A stretch of 64,000 bases of DNA, taken from positions 49,805,554 to 49,869,553 of the forward strand of contig NC_068988.1 in assembly GCF_001194135.2 (NCBI RefSeq), in the 5' to 3' direction. The notes under the pieces are model-generated. The model saw nothing but the letters and a program-made list of their open reading frames with translations, was not told where the DNA came from and did no database searches. How positions within the stretch are numbered: position 1 is the stretch's first letter; every line of letters begins with the position of its first letter. Shown one piece after another: positions 23,901-35,524 of this stretch. The DNA comes from Octopus bimaculoides. Taxonomy: Eukaryota. The translations under genes and the position numbers were made by a program.

Positions 23901-25543
23901 CAACAGAAGCAACTCTTACACGATTCCAAACACTGCAGTTTGTTCATGTAGCAGCAGATGTGCAAGAACAAGCCTTCACATTAAATGTAACTGGGAAAGT
24001 TTTATAAAATCCAACAGCATATTTTTGTCACAGGATATAATCGAGGAGAGAGTAGAGAAGATTTCAACATCTCTGTCTACGAAAACACGGAAGCAGATTA
24101 AATTTTCGCATTAAATTAAGTTTATCTAGTACTGCAACAAGCCTTCTGGGACATATCGGGAGAAATTATCTCAACTGAAAAACAGCAATAGCAATAGAAC
24201 TTATTGCTGTACCTTTAAAACTGAAAATACGGCGAAAACACGGGTTGAAGGTATGTACATTGTTTTTGGTTCTTTGTTGGTTTTTCTTTATCTGTTGTAT
24301 TGAAAACATTCTGCGTAATACGTGTATCTTGACTAGTAATGCTATTTTCAGTATGATGTATATATGTATAATCCCCAAATTCTGTTTATGTATTTGTCTG
24401 CATTTTTTAATATTATTTTATCGTTCTCTAAATATATTATTATAAAGATTGCTTCTGCTGCTATTTCCAGATCTTTATATTAGAATAATTTCTATGTTTC
24501 TGTTAGCGATTCACTAATACTTTGATCGGGATGAAATCCTATTTCTATGTATCTTTAATAGCAACATCTGTTCGATTTACCTTGATTTGCCTGTGTTTAT
24601 TGGCATGCATATCTCAGGGTAAAGTCATTTTCTCATTCTCTAAGAACCTTTCGCGTTTGATTTATGCCACTTCTTTCCTGTCGGTTTTAACAATGCTGGA
24701 ATAATTTCCATAAAGCTCCCAATCCCGAAAGCCTACACAAGCTTTCTTTGCAGATTAAGATTGCGCAACCAATAACATTGTAATTAATTATTCCTTTTCA
24801 GCTTCGTATTCGTGGTTAGTTATTGTACTATGCAATTGTCCTAAGTATAGCCGGTTTTCATCTTTTCTGTATGTTTTGGCACTAAGTCACTATTGCGAAG
24901 GCTAGAGTCATAAATAGGCTTTACGCTTGAACTGGCATACAGGAGAGACGACAGGACCGCCAAAGCATCAGATAGTCATATACACTTTCCTTAGAGATAT
25001 CCCAACTTATGCATCTATTTAGAAATATAGTAAGGAAGAATACCTCCATCACTGACTTATTTTTTTATCATTAATGATATATGTCTATGCACACACACTC
25101 GCACATATATGAGTATATATAAGACCCCTTGAACATATATTTATATAATATATAACTAGTCAAGGGTACTACGTGAGCACCTGCATCGCTAAAAATATAT
25201 ATCTTCTATATATTTTATAAATTTGGCCTGTACGGCTGGTATTCGCTGCCACTAAGTGATGGTATTTTGATAGTACTATCACTCTCATATTTACTCATAA
25301 ATAATTTCACGTATTTCGTTTGTTTAAGTGTTGTTTGGTCACTTCAAACGAATTTGCAAGCATGGTGGGGGCAAATTTTAGTAGTTGTTGGCTAGCAGGT
25401 TTGGCTGACGGGAATCAGGCACTGTCTGGCGCTAAATTCGAAATCATGATACCAAGCATTACTTTTGCTGACCTAACAGAGGTAAGACGATTTTATTGTT
25501 CACTGGAATTTTTTCCTATCATGCTTCTATTAATTTCGTGACA

Positions 25544-25914
25544 GTGGAGGCGCAATGGCCCAGTGGTAAGGGCAGCGGACTCGCGGTCGTAGGATCACGG
25601 TTTCGATTCCCAGACAGGGCGTTGTGAGTGTTTGTTGAGCGAAAACGCTTAAAGCTTCACGAGGCTCCGACAGGGTGTGGTGGCGAACCCTACTGTACTG
25701 TTTCACCCCAACTTTCTCTCCCTCTTTCTGTTGTACCTGTATTTCAAAGGACCAGTCTTGTCACACTCTGTGTTACGCTGAATCTCTCCGAGAACAACGT
25801 TAAGGGTACAAGTGTCTGTGGAGTGCTCAGCCACTTATACGTTAATTTCACGAGCAGGCTGTTCCGTTGATCAAATCAACTGGAACCTTCGTTGTCGTAA
25901 CCGACGGAGCTCCA
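25544..25914 (+). mobile_element. Full-length tRNA-derived SINE, family D
   Basis: Head GGAGGCGCAATGGCCCAGTGGTAAGG (A box) and GGTTTCGATTCCC (B box); body ...GTGTCTGTGGAGTGCTCAGCCAC...TTAATTTCACGAGCAGGCTGTTCCG...ACCGACGGAG. A close homologue lies at 60814-61193 (minus). Confidence 0.92.
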
Positions 25915-26589
25915 CGAATTTTGTGACTATTCCGTGACTTATATTTTTAACGATGCAGGTTCTCACGTAGTACGCTTGTGTGTGTTTGTATATATATATA
26001 TATATATAGTCAGTCGGATGTTCGGTTACATGAAAGATATTCAGTTGAATATAACGCTATCTTTGATTCTAGCTTTGGATTTCGGTTACTATTTCCCCAT
26101 CTTGTTTTACATGTGAATGTGTAATATATATATGTGTGTGTGTTTGAGTATGTGTGTGTTTGTGTGTGTTCGTGTTCATGACAAGAATCCCCCTCACCAG
26201 AAACACCGCTTTAGTAGTAGTAGTAGTAGTAGTAGTAGAAGAAGAATGATATTCACTGGATAACGTTTCTCTCCCTTTTGCACTACCATGCACCAATTTA
26301 ATATGGTGTTGCTGCAAAATACATAGGTTGGAATCGTTTTACCATAAATTTATTGTTTTATTTTTGACGAGTGATTGAGTTGTTTTCTTCGCAATTTTAT
26401 CCTAATTCGAAATTCAACTCACATTTTACTCAACACTTCAGAATCTAGAGTTATGCAAAATCCTTGCTGGATAAATTTTTTCTTCTGATTCCTGATTTTA
26501 TCGATCTGCAACTGAAGGAATAAAAGACCTTTACTTATGCCAAGGCTTGAACTCCCGACGCAGAAACATTATGCAGTATATTCAGTGAG

Positions 26590-26751
26590 CAATATAGTTC
26601 TATATTTAAGAGATGAGGAATTGTGTACATTATTTACATTGTTTACATTTGACGGATATTTGTCCTCATCTTGTTTGATGTTAACACGTTTCGGCTGATA
26701 TACCCTCCACTCTTCATCAGGCTGATTCAGAGTTCGATTCCAGGCAGTGAT

Positions 26752-26803
<52 letters not shown>

Positions 26804-26943
26804 TCGAAAAATACCATAGGATTGAGAACCCAGGTTCGAAATTTCCCCCAAGACACCTGATGAAGGCTGGAGAGTATATCAGTCGAAACGTTGTGTTAAC
26901 AACAAACAAGATGAGGGCAAATATCCGTCAAATGTAAATAATG
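26590..26943. mobile_element. PLE-derived inverted cassette 1 with hammerhead motifs and an 11-bp TSD
   Basis: TSD TATTCAGTGAG at 26579-26589 and 26944-26954. The left arm is an inverted copy of the right arm. A B-box-like GAGTTCGATTCC (26730) and (AAT)n lie in the middle. Confidence 0.85.
26852..26897 (+). ncRNA. Minimal type I hammerhead ribozyme motif (PLE type)
   Basis: GACAC-CTGATGA-A-GGCTG-gagagtatat-CAGTC-GAAA-CGTT-GTGTT: stem I GACAC/GTGTT, stem II GGCTG/CAGTC, palindromic ACGT in place of stem III, GUU site. Confidence 0.7.
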
Positions 26944-26979
26944 TATTCAGTGAGAAAGATTTACAAATCATTTGCTATA

Positions 26980-27020
26980 CAGTAATCCCTCGCCGTATCG
27001 CGGTTCACCTATCGCGGTTT
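26980..27020 (+). mobile_element. pogo/Tigger-like TIR fragment
   Basis: TA followed by CAGTAATCCCTCGCCGTATCGCGGTTCACCTATCGCGG resembles Tigger-type termini; no partner end was seen. Confidence 0.45.
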
Positions 27021-27027
27021 AACAAAT

Positions 27028-27157
27028 AGACCCCAGGCCTTATGCTTTGTAAGCCTAGTACTTATTCTATCGGATTCTTATGCCGAACCACTAAGTTGCG
27101 GGGGCGTAAACACACCAACATCGGTGTCAAGCGATGGTGGTGGTGATGGGACAAATA

Positions 27158-27208
<51 letters not shown>

Positions 27209-27848
27209 NNNNNNNNNNNNNNNNNNNNNNNNNNNNNNNNNNNNNNNNNNNNNNNNNNNNNNNNNNNNNNNNNNNNNNNNNNNNNNNNNNNNNNNNNNNN
27301 NNNNNNNNNNNNNNNNNNNNNNNNNNNNNNNNNNNNNNNNNNNNNNNNNNNNNNNNNNNNNNNNNNNNNNNNNNNNNNNNNNNNNNNNNNNNNNNNNNNN
27401 NNNNNNNNNNNNNNNNNNNNNNNNNNNNNNNNNNNNNNNNNNNNNNNNNNNNNNNNNNNNNNNNNNNNNNNNNNNNNNNNNNNNNNNNNNNNNNNNNNNN
27501 NNNNNNNNNNNNNNNNNNNNNNNNNNNNNNNNNNNNNNNNNNNNNNNNNNNNNNNNNNNNNNNNNNNNNNNNNNNNNNNNNNNNNNNNNNNNNNNNNNNN
27601 NNNNNNNNNNNNNNNNNNNNNNNNNNNNNNNNNNNNNNNNNNNNNNNNNNNNNNNNNNNNNNNNNNNNNNNNNNNNNNNNNNNNNNNNNNNNNNNNNNNN
27701 NNNNNNNNNNNNNNNNNNNNNATATATATATATATATATATATATACGACGGGCTTCTTTCTGTCTACCAAATCCACTCACAAGGACTAAAACCGGTACC
27801 ATGTGGTTGGGGAGCAAGCTTTTTACCACACAACCACTCCTGCGCCTA
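27028..27848 (-). mobile_element. Composite SINE A+B spanning a gap
   Basis: B tail at 27028-27150, then (CA)n, N-gap and (TA)n, then an internally deleted A head at 27746-27848. Confidence 0.8.
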
Positions 27849-29054
27849 AATACTGTATATTTTATCATATCTTTAAGTCAGGATTATCTCCAACCTTCAC
27901 CTTGTCCCTTTAATCCAATCAGATTTGATGGTATAACTCTCACTTTCTTTCTCTGTGTTTGTTAAGCCATAGTTTGTAGATCTATCCATCACTTTCTCTC
28001 TTCTTACTTGTCTCCGTATCTTCTATTTCATTTTATTTTCATCCTTTTTCCTTGCCGTCTTCTGATGTCACTACCAGTTTGTCTTACTCCCTCCTCTTTC
28101 TCTCATCACTTTGTTTCTCTCCCTTTCCTCTAGTTTCTCTCACACCACTGCCCCCTCTCTCTCTCTCTCTCTTTCTCAATCTCTATCTATCTGTCTGTCT
28201 CTATCTATGTCTGTCTCTATCTCTCTTTCCTATTTCACTTCACCATCAATTCTGTCCTAAAATAGTTTCAATTTGCAGAGAAAAATAACTCCTTTGTGTT
28301 TTCTATACCTAAGGGAAATTCTACCATCGTTGCATCCCTTTCGATTACCTTTTGATATCCTATGACCCCTTTAAGATGTATATGTGTGTTTATGTTTGTG
28401 CGTATGTATGCTATGCATATATGTATATGCGGTGTGTGGTTGTGTGTTTTCGTGTATGTGAGTGTGTAAGTAAATGTGCACATATATAATCATGATTTTA
28501 TATATGTACGCATATGTGTATTATGTATATATGCATGCTTATGTGTATGCTGTTGTGTATGTAAATATATATGTATGTATGTATGTATAGGCGGAGTTTG
28601 TTCGTATATGTGTATATACGTACGTAAGAGCGTGTGAGCCTTTTGGATCAAGCTCCCGAAATAACGTTTAACAACTTCATAAAAGCCAATCTACCTATCA
28701 TTTCTGTGTTCATTAATGTGCTTTTCCAAATATTGACAAACATCATTACCAACTAACTTAGTAATTTCTTTCTCCTTCATCTACTTCTCCCCCTTCTATT
28801 ATTTACGTTTCCTTACCTTCTTCCAGCGCACCCCCTAGCACCTCCATCATTCTATTGTAGATGGTAGGAATGGCTTAGCCCAAAATAAACCCGTAAAGGA
28901 ACGGCTCATTTGTAAAACAGTTAAGTGATAGAGAGTAATTACATCAAAGAGAAATAGCAGTACAGCGGTGTAGAAAGGAAGATCGCAGCAACACGGTTTC
29001 GCATCCCAGTAGAATTAACTATAAGTCTTTCTTTTTTTTTTTTCATTTATATTC

Positions 29055-29250
29055 TATTTGTTTCAGTCATTGGTCTGCGCCCATGCTGGGGCTCCGTCTA
29101 GAAACGTTTTAGTGGAAAAGATTGATACCAGTCCACTTTTTTCATTAAGTATCGAACTAATTCTGTCCGTTCCTTTTTCTGAACTGGATGATTTTGGGGA
29201 TATAAACAAACCAACAGCTGCTATTAAGCGGACTGAGACAAACACAGACA
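29055..29250 (-). mobile_element. SINE B tail
   Basis: TTGTTTCAGTCATTGGTCTGCGCCCATGCTGGGGC...AAACCAACAGCTG. Confidence 0.7.
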
Positions 29251-29411
29251 CAAGCATGCACACACAGACACATGTATTTTACATATCAATGAATATGAAG
29301 GTGTGTTTACAATTTTGCGCTAGGATTCTTAAGATTGACGTATATGCGGGGTCATCTTCCATAAAGTTGTGCGCACACTCACACATTATTTTATTATATG
29401 ATATTATATAT

Positions 29412-29572
29412 AAGCGCAGGAGTGGCTTTGTGGTAAGTAGCTTTCCTACCAACCACATAGTTCCGGGTTCCGTCCCACTCTGTGGCACTTTGAGCAAGTG
29501 TCTTCTACGATAGCCCTAGGCCGACCAGAGCCTTGTGAGTGGATTTGGTTGTCGAAAACTGAAAGAAGCTCG

Positions 29573-29575
<3 letters not shown>
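29412..29575 (+). mobile_element. SINE family A head followed by (TG)n
   Basis: AGCGCAGGAGTGGCTTTGTGGTAAGTAGC...GTTCCGGGTTCCGTCCCAC...GTGGCACTTTGAGCAAGTGTCTTCTAC...AACTGAAAGAAGCTCG. Confidence 0.9.
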
Positions 29576-29621
<46 letters not shown>

Positions 29622-30202
29622 TGTTTGTGTATGTATGTGTCAGCTTACGCGGAAAGAATCCATTTCTTGAAAAACACTTTTATTCGTACACGCATATAAA
29701 ACATATCTCCGTATGTCACCCAATATGTAGCTACAAAGATTCTATATTACATAATAGTAGTATATTATCATAGTATTATTATAACAGAGATTCTATTTTC
29801 TCATTTTCTCTATCTAGCTAAGTATCTGTCTACCGGTTTCTACGACTTTGCAAGCTTAACTACATATCTGCGTATTGATGCATACACTGCATACTCTCAC
29901 ATACATACACACATGAATATATATGTGTGTGTCTGTGGCTATTTGTTGATGTAACTATATACTTAGAAATATTCTATGTCTGTTGAACTGTTATTTCTTC
30001 TTTCCTTGGGCCCATAAGTGTGTGTATGTATGTGGGTGTGTTTGTGTGGTGTGTATGGACAAGTGTGTTCAGTTATTTACAAATCAATCTGTCCAACTTA
30101 TATAACTTCCTTCCTTGAGTGCACACCTGATGAAGTCAGAAGGGTGCTGGTGTGTTTTAGGCATTTTAAACGGTACGGGGCTCGCAGCTCTTCGAGTCTG
30201 AA

Positions 30203-30211
30203 CGCAGCAGA

Positions 30212-30255
<44 letters not shown>

Positions 30256-30286
30256 GGTGTGAGAGAGAGAGAGAGAGAGAGATAGA

Positions 30287-30323
<37 letters not shown>

Positions 30324-30490
30324 TGTGTGTGTGTGTGTGTGTGAGAGAGAAAAAGAGAGAGAGAGAGAGAAAGAGAGAGAGTGAGTGAGTGTGTATTTGT
30401 GAGAGAGAGTGTGTGTATGTGTGTGTGAGAGAGAGAGTGTGTGCGTGTGTGTGCGCGCGTGTGCGCACGTGTGCGTGCGTGCGCGTGTGG
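30203..30490. repeat. Compound (TG)n/(AG)n/(CG) microsatellite
   Basis: Direct reading. Confidence 0.95.
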
Positions 30491-30967
30491 AAGACAATGA
30501 GATAGTCAGGGACTGACAGACAACCAAAGAAAAACGAACAAGGAGAAGAAAACGAACAAGAACAAGAAAAACAATCGCCCTGAGTACCGAACCTTACTGG
30601 TACTTTATAAAATCCCAAAACCATCTACATTAATCTTTGACCTCGGCTACTTTGACCATTTGAACTTAAAGCTCACAACCTATAAACCATTCAACATTGC
30701 ATCCTGTCCAAAGCTCTCCAAATATCTTTATAACTGGCACTCTGTATAGCTACCTTTCTCTTTTGTCAACCTATTTGCAAATATGAATATATCCATAAAT
30801 GTCCACATACACATATATGTGCAAACATATATACACATACATGCAAAGCTTTACGCACCCATGCATACGTATTCATTTACTTATCCACTTATACACATAT
30901 CTTAACGTATGTATGTGGGTGTAACTATGTCTGTGAATGTGTGTTACTTTGCCTTGGTATATGATCA

Positions 30968-31003
<36 letters not shown>

Positions 31004-31849
31004 TGTGTGATCTATTTTAGATATAATTTCTTAACGGTTGAGACATTTCAACAATAACTTCAGACTCAAGGCCAGAAATTTTCGTGGGTGGGGGCAATGT
31101 ATACTATTTTAGTCGACCCCCGGATAAATGAAATCAAAGTTAACTTTGGTAAGATTTGAACTCAGAACGTAAAGAGCCGAAGCAAATACCGCAAATTCTC
31201 TACTAATCCACAGCTCTCCCAGATGATTTTAAATTAGTTTAACTAGTTTCTTCCTAATCCCTAAGCAAATAAAAAATATCTTGCTCTTTTAATCTTAAGA
31301 GGTAATTATAAAGTCCTGGACGAGGAAATTATATTTGTTTGCCAAGAATTTAGCTGAAGCTAACCCAAAGCTCTAGTGTTCAGTAAAGCCAGAATTTTTA
31401 AACAGGGAGTACCAGCTATTAGACCAGGTCCAGTATTTGTATCGATATAATTGGCTGATACATTATTTGATCGAAATCAGAATGTTGACTGATTAAGTCA
31501 ACTTTGCCAAGTTTCAAACTCAGATCGCAACGAGAGGCCGCTACACACCACATGACGAGAAAGAAAAAATATGAAAATGACAAATCTATCATTTAAATTT
31601 CCGGTGGCTTAAAAAAAATTTTTCTTTCGTTGAAGAATACTTCTTGTGATGGAGGATCAGTTAACTGGTTCTGTTTATTGTCCTGATACATGGAATACCC
31701 GAAAATTTAATCTTCGTTTTCCGTTTTTAAAACATACTCAATCACAGAAATATGCATGACATTCACTAAGGTACACCCGCTACGAACTCCTACGCATGAG
31801 TATTTACACATACATAACCATATATTTCTTATAACATTCACGCAGTTTC

Positions 31850-31895
<46 letters not shown>

Positions 31896-32115
31896 NNNNN
31901 NNNNNNNNNNNNNNNNNNNNNNNNNNNNNNNNNNNNNNNNNNNNNNNNNNNNNNNNNNNNNNNNNNNNNNNNNNNNNNNNNNNNNNNNNNNNNNNTATAT
32001 ACATACATATATATATATATACATATATATACACACACACACATATATGTATTATACATATATGTGTGTGTATCCATACGTCGGTGTATGTCTGAACTAT
32101 ATATACATACGTGAG

Positions 32116-32158
<43 letters not shown>

Positions 32159-32876
32159 ATGTGTGTGTGTGTGTGTATGTAGGTAGTTTAAGGAATAAGT
32201 AAAACTAAAACTGATAAGGGAACCTACCCTCACGCGAATCTAGGCCCACCATATAGCTTGAATCAGAACTCATATCACTATCTTCATCACGGCCTCAAGT
32301 GCATTTCCCTAATCCCCAAAACCTCCTCCAATTTGTCAACCGATTCGTTAAGGACCCCTCATGCTGCGGGCAAATAGCTCTTCAAATATTTTGAGTAGTC
32401 CGTGAAGTTAAGTGACTCCGCGGGGAAAGCTGCATCAGCGTCCTAAACAACAACTGCTTGGATTCATTCAACCCTTTTCTGCCTTTCTTTTCCCTTCGAG
32501 ACGGTTTTCTACTCCTATCCAAACTCTGTTTACTCCCTACGTTCACAAAAATGGTACTACTAAAGGAAGAGTATTCGACGTCCTTAGCTCCTGATGCTAA
32601 AGAAAAGGGAGTTTTTCGACAATCCTCAGAACTGCAACCGTTTGTGCGACAAGTCGGTGCCATTAAAATAACAATCTCCGATCCTTGTTACTGCTGATCC
32701 TACAGCTATCAGCATTTCCTCTCTCTATTCCTCTCTCTCTCTCTTTCTTTATTTCTCTCTCTTTCTCTTTCTCCCTCTCTCTCTTTCTTTTCTCTTATCT
32801 CAGTCTTCTTTCCTCTCACTCGCTCATTCACTCTCTTTGGGACACAAATATCTATGTTGCTCTTGCGGACTAACAA

Positions 32877-32967
32877 TAAACACTCACAATGCCCGGTCTT
32901 GGAATCGAAACCGCGATCCTATGACCGCGAGTCCGCTGCCCTAACCACTGGACCATTGCGCCTCCAC
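32877..32967 (-). mobile_element. Family D SINE head only (tRNA-like part)
   Basis: Reverse complement GTGGAGGCGCAATGGTCCAGTGGTTAGGGCAGCGGACTCGCGGTCATAGGATCGCGGTTTCGATTCC. Confidence 0.88.
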
Positions 32968-33182
32968 CTGGCTCTTATTACTATTAAGACAATTTGCAAT
33001 ATTTTCGTTTAGCAAAATGTGTGTGCTGCTGCTGTTGTTGTTTGTTGCGATTATTGTTATTGCAAACGCCTCGCTAGATTTGTTCATTCTAATACCATTG
33101 CGAAGAGAAATGTCAGAAGGAGTTTTTTTTATCAATGTGCGAGGATCTTGTAGAATATACTAAGTAGGTTTTCATTACTTTT

Positions 33183-33223
<41 letters not shown>

Positions 33224-34554
33224 NNNNNNNNNNNNNNNNNNNNNNNNNNNNNNNNNNNNNNNNNNNNNNNNNNNNNNNNNNNNNNNNNNNNNNNNNNNNN
33301 NNNNNNNNNNNNNNNNNNNNNNNNNNNNNNNNNNNNNNNNNNNNNNNNNNNNNNNNNNNNNNNNNNNNNNNNNNNNNNNNNNNNNNNNNNNNNNNNNNNN
33401 NNNNNNNNNNNNNNNNNNNNNNNNNNNNNNNNNNNNNNNNNNNNNNNNNNNNNNNNNNNNNNNNNNNNNNNNNNNNNNNNNNNNNNNNNNNNNNNNNNNN
33501 NNNNNNNNNNNNNNNNNNNNNNNNNNNNNNNNNNNNNNNNNNNNNNNNNNNNNNNNNNNNNNNNNNNNNNNNNNNNNNNNNNNNNNNNNNNNNNNNNNNN
33601 NNNNNNNNNNNNNNNNNNNNNNNNNNNNNNNNNNNNNNNNNNNNNNNNNNNNNNNNNNNNNNNNNNNNNNNNNNNNNNNNNNNNNNNNNNNNNNNNNNNN
33701 NNNNNNNNNNNNNNNNNNNNNNNNNNNNNNNNNNNNNNNNNNNNNNNNNNNNNNNNNNNNNNNNNNNNNNNNNNNNNNNNNNNNNNNNNNNNNNNNNNNN
33801 NNNNNNNNNNNNNNNNNNNNNNNNNNNNNNNNNNNNNNNNNNNNNNNNNNNNNNNNNNNNNNNNNNNNNNNNNNNNNNNNNNNNNNNNNNNNNNNNNNNN
33901 NNNNNNNNNNNNNNNNNNNTGTGTGTGTGTGTGTGTGTGTGTGTGTGTCTGTGTCTGCGCGCGCGCGTATTTAGATTGAAGTGGTGTACAGATTTTATGC
34001 ATTCAGATAAATAAAGTAGTCAGAATTTGGATAAAAGCTATCTATTTAGCGCTTTCATCCCTTTGAGGGATTCATCATGAATGATATTTTCATAGAAAAT
34101 TCGTACCTTTTATATATGAACTAGTTGAAAATATAAAAAATCTACAGTAGAATTTGTTTTCTTGGAAGAGGGTGTTTTAGGAGCGGTTGAGATGTTTTTT
34201 TTATCATATTGAATTATGTGTGTGTATATTTGTGTGCATGTATGTGTTCATACGTGTGTGTGATTACATTTTTGGAGGCTTGGTTAGAGAGAGGAAAAGT
34301 GAAAAAGAAGAAAAGGAAGAAAGAAAGAAAAAAGAATGCAAGAAAAAAAGAAGGCCGGAAAGATAGTGTTTTCTGGGATGATTGAAATTGATGATCGGTC
34401 AAAAAGGTCAATTTTTTTTCATCAATTGCAATAAATTTCTTTCAGTCATTATGTGACTGACAGTATTTTCGGTTAGTTGTCATGTTACCCAGCTGTAGAA
34501 AATAGAATCGGTCTAATTGTCTTGGAGGGTCTTTAAGTGCGTGTGTGCGTGCAC

Positions 34555-34633
<79 letters not shown>

Positions 34634-35239
34634 AAGTGTATGTGTGTTGGAGTGTGTGTGTGTGTGTTGGTTGTTTAAGTGAATTTTTCCAGTTATTTCA
34701 GCAACGTTAATGAAAACATTATTAATAATAATACAAAATAATCTTGTTTGATTCATCTGGGAACTAATGTTTAATAAGAATTTCAAGTTAGTGAATATTT
34801 GTAGATCATTTGATTTTTCCTACAGCATAAGGTATTCATCGAGGGAGGGTTTCCACTTTCCAATGAAACTTTGGTCTTGAAACTTTGGTCAAAAATTTTC
34901 TCTACATTTTTGTATAGTTTTACTTCTAAAAAAACAATGACCAGGTTAGTATATGAGGTTTAAATGTCGTCCTCATTACTGAGGCCTGCTTTTGTCTATA
35001 TTTTACCATCAAAGTTAAAGGTGTTTTCTTCTTGTACCAGGCGTGTGGCTTCGGTAACGAAATACCTTTTGAAACGTTCGTTTTTTCAACTCAATGTTTG
35101 ATTGCTCCCAGACCCAAAGTGTGAAATATGTTAGAATAAAGATTACAAATACAGTTCTATATTTAAGAGAAGAGGAATTATGTACTTTATTTATATTATT
35201 TACATTCGACGGATATTTGTCCGCATCTTGATTGTTGTT

Positions 35240-35285
35240 AACACAACGTTTCGGCTGATATACCCCGCAGCCTTCTTCAGGTGTC
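35240..35285 (-). ncRNA. Minimal hammerhead ribozyme motif
   Basis: Minus strand GACAC-CTGAAGA-A-GGCTG-cggggtatat-CAGCC-GAAA-CGTT-GTGTT. Confidence 0.7.
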
Positions 35286-35418
35286 TTGGGGAAATTACGA
35301 ACCTGAGTTCTCATTCATAAGGTATTTTTCGATGTTTGTTATCATTATTATTGTTATTATTATTGGTAGTGTTCAGGTCACTGCTTGGAATGAGAACCCA
35401 GGTTCGAAATTTCCCCAA

Positions 35419-35464
35419 GACACCTGAAGAAGGCTGGAGGGTATATCAGCCGAAACGTTGTGTT
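35419..35464 (+). ncRNA. Minimal hammerhead ribozyme motif
   Basis: GACAC-CTGAAGA-A-GGCTG-gagggtatat-CAGCC-GAAA-CGTT-GTGTT. Confidence 0.72.
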
Positions 35465-35524
35465 AACAACAAACAAGATGAGGACAAATATCCGTCAGAT
35501 GTAAATAATGTAAATAAAGATTAC

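Larger units (their letters stand above)
35147..35512. mobile_element. PLE-derived inverted cassette 2 with two intact hammerhead motifs and a 12-bp TSD
   Basis: TSD AATAAAGATTAC at 35135-35146 and 35513-35524. The arms are inverted copies and are homologous to cassette 1. Confidence 0.87.

Noticed and set aside
25544-25620. tRNA-like sequence (also at 32877-32967 and 61110-61193)
   Set aside because: It has A/B boxes but no proper acceptor stem and continues into a SINE body, so it is a SINE head and not a tRNA gene.
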